DNA of 64,000 bases from Diplonema japonicum (Eukaryota > Protista > Euglenozoa: Diplonemea), in the NCBI GenBank assembly GCA_964019335.1, contig OZ025727.1, forward strand, positions 248,001-312,000, given 5' to 3'. Position 1 is the stretch's first letter. Each line of letters starts with the position of its first letter. Made by a program: the position numbers and the translations under genes. The notes beneath the pieces were generated by a model. It searched no databases. It was not told where the DNA came from and saw nothing but the letters and a program-made list of their open reading frames with translations. Shown piece by piece: positions 61,201 through 64,000 of the stretch.

Positions 61201-63305
61201 CTTCTTCCTCTGTGAACGGGACGCTTTGGTACGTGGCAGACGGTGCGGCAGGCTTCAAGGTTTACAACACCACCTTCTCTACCACACAACCCATCATCGC
61301 TGTTGGGACTGTGGGCGAGGTACGCAAGGTTGTTCCTTTCAAGCAGTACCTCCTTGTGGCCAATGGGGTTGAAGGACTAAAGCTGTACAAGGTTGACACA
61401 GAGTCGAGGGTTGCAGAGCTGCTTGCCCGTCTTGAGACTTCTGAAGCGATCTCCGACGTTGTCCTCGAACCAGAGACGATGAAGGGCTACATGGCAGAGG
61501 GCAGGCGGGGGGTCTCCTCCTTCAACTTCGAAACACTTGACAAGATCACTGTCACAAGCACGGTGGACCTCGTTGACTCCGTCTTCCTTTCCCTGACTGA
61601 TTACGGGGATGTTAGCTACCTACTTGTGGGGGACTCGGGCCTTCTCTCTGTTATTGAACTCATCAAGGAGGTACCGATGTACCTGGAGAGCCCGTGGCCT
61701 GAGTACGCTGTAGGGGTGGGGTTCGAGACGAAGCTGACACCGAAGGAGGTTGCGAGCAGGGAGGCGACCTCTGTGGAGGTGAAGTCGGTTGTGCGGATCG
61801 CAAGCGGTCGGGAGGCGGCTTGGCCTGAGTGGCTGGAGTACTCGGACCCCTTGCTGCTTCGGGGGACTCCTCCAAAGGAGCTGACTGGGCAGGAGGTGGT
61901 GTTGAAGTTCGCGGTGGAGCTCCCGAACGGGGCAGTTCACGAGGTCTTCTACACGCTGTCGATCGTACCGAGTCTGAAGGTTCGGAACGAGCTTGGGAAG
62001 CCGCAGGTGGTGACACCGGCGAACACTGGGGTGGCGACGCTGCAGCTGGAGGCACCTCGGTCAGGGGAGTTCCTCCCGGAGCAGGGGGCTGTGTCGGTGA
62101 CATCGAAACCTGTTGAAGGGAGCCTGCGGGTCTACGGTCCTGTTCCCGACCTGAACGACTTCCTGAAGGGGCTCCGGTTCGACCTGAAGGAGCCTTCGGA
62201 GAACCTGTCGAGGGTGACGCTGCTGGTGACGGACGACGTGAACCAGGGGGCTGTGCAGTACAACATCACGGTGGCGGACCTGAAGTTCAACATGCGTCCT
62301 GTTTTTGAGGGCAACAAAAACAACACCAACAACAACAACAACTGGGACCCAACAGCGACAACAGGACAAGGCTTTCGCTTCCAACTGGTTCCTATCCGGG
62401 TGTCGGACCCCGATGGGGACGCGCTGACCCTGTCTGCTGTGGAGGTGGGTCGGCAATCCCTCCCCGGGTGGCTGGAGCTGGACCCGTCTGGCTACTTCTA
62501 CGGGGAAGCAACGGTGGAGGATGTGGGGACGGCTGAGATCAACTTGACGGCGAGGGACACCTACGGCGGGGAGACGTCTCGGGTCTTCAAGCTGCGGGTG
62601 AAGCGCTCCTTCTGGGACCTGTTCTGGTACGTGTTCTCAATTGTGGCCCCGATCGTGTCTGGGCTCGGGATGCTGTACGGGGCTTGGGTGTACTACTCCC
62701 TTTTGTGGAACAACTTCGGGGGGAGGTGGTACTACTGGGAGGTCCCTCCTTCCCTGTTGTTGACCGGGGAGTGGTACCATGCGGAGAGGAAGAAGAAGAA
62801 GAAGAAGGGGTCGAAGAAGGAGAGCAGGAGGATTGACCCGGAGAGCGTGCGAGAGATCCGGATGATGCGGCACATCAAACACTCCCTCGGGCAGAAGGTG
62901 CGGTCCCGGCTGAGGTGGGTCCTTCCCTCGGCGTACCTCCGGCACGAGCGACAAGAACCACTGGTGAACGGCGACAACCTCACCCCTTGGATCGAGTACA
63001 ACGAGCTCGCCCACACCTTCCGCCTTCTCTACGATGAGATCGACGACGACGACGCGGGCATCTACTACCTCATCGTCTTCGGCCGCTTCGACGACATCCT
63101 CCAGGAGATCCGCCTCGAGCCCGCCGTTGTGAAGTCCCAGGAGCACAGGCTTCGCACGGCAGAGAAGGCGTCTGTGAGCTTCAAGGACCTCCTCGAAGAG
63201 GCTGAGGTCGAGACCCCTTTGAGTCCCAACCCTTTGGGGTACAGGAAGATGTCGTGCTCCTTGAATCCTGAAGCACAAAGTGAGGCAGACGTCCTGCTCT
63301 TGTAA
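58218..63305 (+). CDS. Family B surface protein, copy 5
   Basis: Same architecture as 7488..12530. Confidence 0.92.
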   Translation: MQIQLLLAVLSLKQLDPPACNGVYNTDTAASSGTVRYPASGQYAADLSYCWRVKSAKWLRLEWVSVDIEDMTQCVLSRSCGSSVPCEQRGTCDSDALTIFDSSGLPGMQFCGRAAQGITWQPSTQGDIVFWFKTNHVVSGLGFTVKWTTCDAKPDTGYTVTRALRCGGQIPNIKDNPTGNLDYPLTTGNYENGENICWRILCNGQLSLTWSTLNVYTDGVGCNHDRVTIYDSEQVAHTLCKKPLDPIEYPPGEIVIHFGSDACNTWSGFGLSWSCDAWDYPTPPQKGTLLTSDCNVYSGDHSSSTGSLYHPAIAGQPYGVGDKLCWRIQCGGQLNLTFHKMDIEEERNCLADHLVFEQHGLVWSEYYCGTVFPDYQPPIRGDLVVHFKSDSISSLTGFNFSWVCDDSPDPPAPPNPGMQPPATQPPPLTTCPTSSPTATPTAAPDTPAPLTDAPATDAPSSPAPPTDPPTTSAPPTDPPTTSAPSTDAPLTQAPPTSEPGTTGLPDTAAPTTPRPDTPTFVPVTVAPPTTGPTAVPTRSPGIVPTPAPPTETTETLNKTGIEEVLTSTGKTVIRTTDGGVTVVDKTEGGGGGGFGGSVTVPGGPQTAVKVSGKTLVTGSANGTVSIVDIEKTPPTVKGSWTATGEVRSIAIGRSLLAVSDSAGLKIVSLRNPELPILMGELKVGYMQEMGFTEDATFLFGVPEGSGEVLMFDVRDPTRPSLKYSLEVKIPVSSVRVGRDEVFVCDSEGLKRFNTGTLPPSLALSQPGACGLLAATHERRYLFVSDPVTGGAANAKRITQYSLDPSLTADGLLFSRGPVLSMEVSADDRYLYVADSLGLQVFPLVRTNPGRLDNPLLKLVRSVRTGRRANGAKVLDKSQMVIAADDEGLSSFFNIFDSKNSDGRKKWITGGATAVETSLDGRWGFYGKGSAVTVFEVVTLNTVTTVATPSEVRSMTRFAGVLYVTCKDGVYSYSLNDLPLVSFLSTVLTNTVDAVSSSSVNGTLWYVADGAAGFKVYNTTFSTTQPIIAVGTVGEVRKVVPFKQYLLVANGVEGLKLYKVDTESRVAELLARLETSEAISDVVLEPETMKGYMAEGRRGVSSFNFETLDKITVTSTVDLVDSVFLSLTDYGDVSYLLVGDSGLLSVIELIKEVPMYLESPWPEYAVGVGFETKLTPKEVASREATSVEVKSVVRIASGREAAWPEWLEYSDPLLLRGTPPKELTGQEVVLKFAVELPNGAVHEVFYTLSIVPSLKVRNELGKPQVVTPANTGVATLQLEAPRSGEFLPEQGAVSVTSKPVEGSLRVYGPVPDLNDFLKGLRFDLKEPSENLSRVTLLVTDDVNQGAVQYNITVADLKFNMRPVFEGNKNNTNNNNNWDPTATTGQGFRFQLVPIRVSDPDGDALTLSAVEVGRQSLPGWLELDPSGYFYGEATVEDVGTAEINLTARDTYGGETSRVFKLRVKRSFWDLFWYVFSIVAPIVSGLGMLYGAWVYYSLLWNNFGGRWYYWEVPPSLLLTGEWYHAERKKKKKKGSKKESRRIDPESVREIRMMRHIKHSLGQKVRSRLRWVLPSAYLRHERQEPLVNGDNLTPWIEYNELAHTFRLLYDEIDDDDAGIYYLIVFGRFDDILQEIRLEPAVVKSQEHRLRTAEKASVSFKDLLEEAEVETPLSPNPLGYRKMSCSLNPEAQSEADVLLL

Positions 63306-63559
63306 GCAGTGGTAGAGGTTGTTGTTCATCTGAATTGTGCACAGCTACAGGCAGGAGGCGGTCGACCGCTGTGATTGCTGATAAAGGTTGGCTCCGGAAT
63401 TAAAGCAACTAAAGCAACTATGATAAAAGGAATATCTCACGTACACATACCATTTGAGACAGCTGAGCAGTTTTCAGCTTTTGGTGGTCACAATGCTTTC
63501 TAAGAATCTTGTCTAGATAGTTAAATTTTATGCTTTACCGATTCCCTTTTTTTTTTTTT

Positions 63560-63703
63560 TTTTGTTACAAATATTTATCTTTCAAAAAATGATTTTAAAA
63601 CTATATGCAACTTGTGCCGAGCAAAAAACTTTCGCAGCTTTTTAAAAAAACCTTTTTTGCTCGTGCGAACAACAAAGACATATAGTCATAAAGAATTATT
63701 TTT
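63560..63703 (+). repeat. Downstream element, short (empty) form
   Basis: Matches 36325-36530 but has a single GCGAACAACAAA (63665-63676). Confidence 0.85.
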
Positions 63704-64000
63704 GTTATTTTCTAAACGGAAAAGAAGGAGATGTTCCGCTATTCTTTTCTCTGAGTTTATTTTTACCTCCCTCTTTACTCTCTCCGGTCCTCGCTAGTTG
63801 GTTTCACGCCCAAGCTGAATAGATACTGCGACGGGCCTAAGGCACCACCACGACAGAAGGATCCAACGCTAGATGAGTTGACTGTGTTAGGCGATCCTGT
63901 CACATACTGCAGGTTCCCTCAAAGACATCTTTTTTCTTCTTTTAAAACCAGAGTGGAATTTTAAAGAAAATTACGAAAGAACATACTCAAGTTTTTCCTT

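Noticed and set aside
1-64000. tRNA, rRNA or telomeric arrays
   Set aside because: None recognised by eye; a tRNAscan-SE/Infernal run would be needed to exclude them formally.

Overview
Eukaryotic, apparently intronless gene cluster. Every credible gene and every recognisable retroelement fragment is on the + strand, separated by homopolymer-rich spacers. This layout suggests a euglenozoan-type (diplonemid/kinetoplastid-like) polycistronic array; that is inference and the organism is not identified. Two interleaved multicopy families dominate. (A) Five ~397-aa secreted proteins have a variable N-terminal domain (ependymin/LolA-like by motif) and a near-identical Cys-rich C-half. (B) Five ~1690-aa type-I membrane proteins have signal peptide, 3 CUB domains, Pro/Thr stalk, LVIVD-like propeller, cadherin/He_PIG-like Ig domains, TM and tail; their CUB heads, especially a 4-Cys loop in CUB1, are hypervariable while the body is homogenised and mosaic. 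Also present: two paralogous multipass membrane proteins, a divergent actin-like protein with an F-box-like insert, two orphan ORFs and an ankyrin relic. The most striking unannotated signal is a retroelement/ribozyme system. A short non-coding element (20562, 25262, 54305) starts exactly at the predicted cleavage site of an HDV-like ribozyme, complete at 20562 and 54305 and truncated at 25262, and sits in sense 116-334 nt downstream of host stop codons. A second, decayed HDV-like ribozyme lies upstream of a LINE fragment (45291). LINE and short-element 3' ends share a sequence-divergent stem-loop followed by a T-rich, not A-rich, tail, and the three short-element copies that retain a 3' end each carry a different hairpin. 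All folds and alignments were done by eye and need computational and experimental confirmation.
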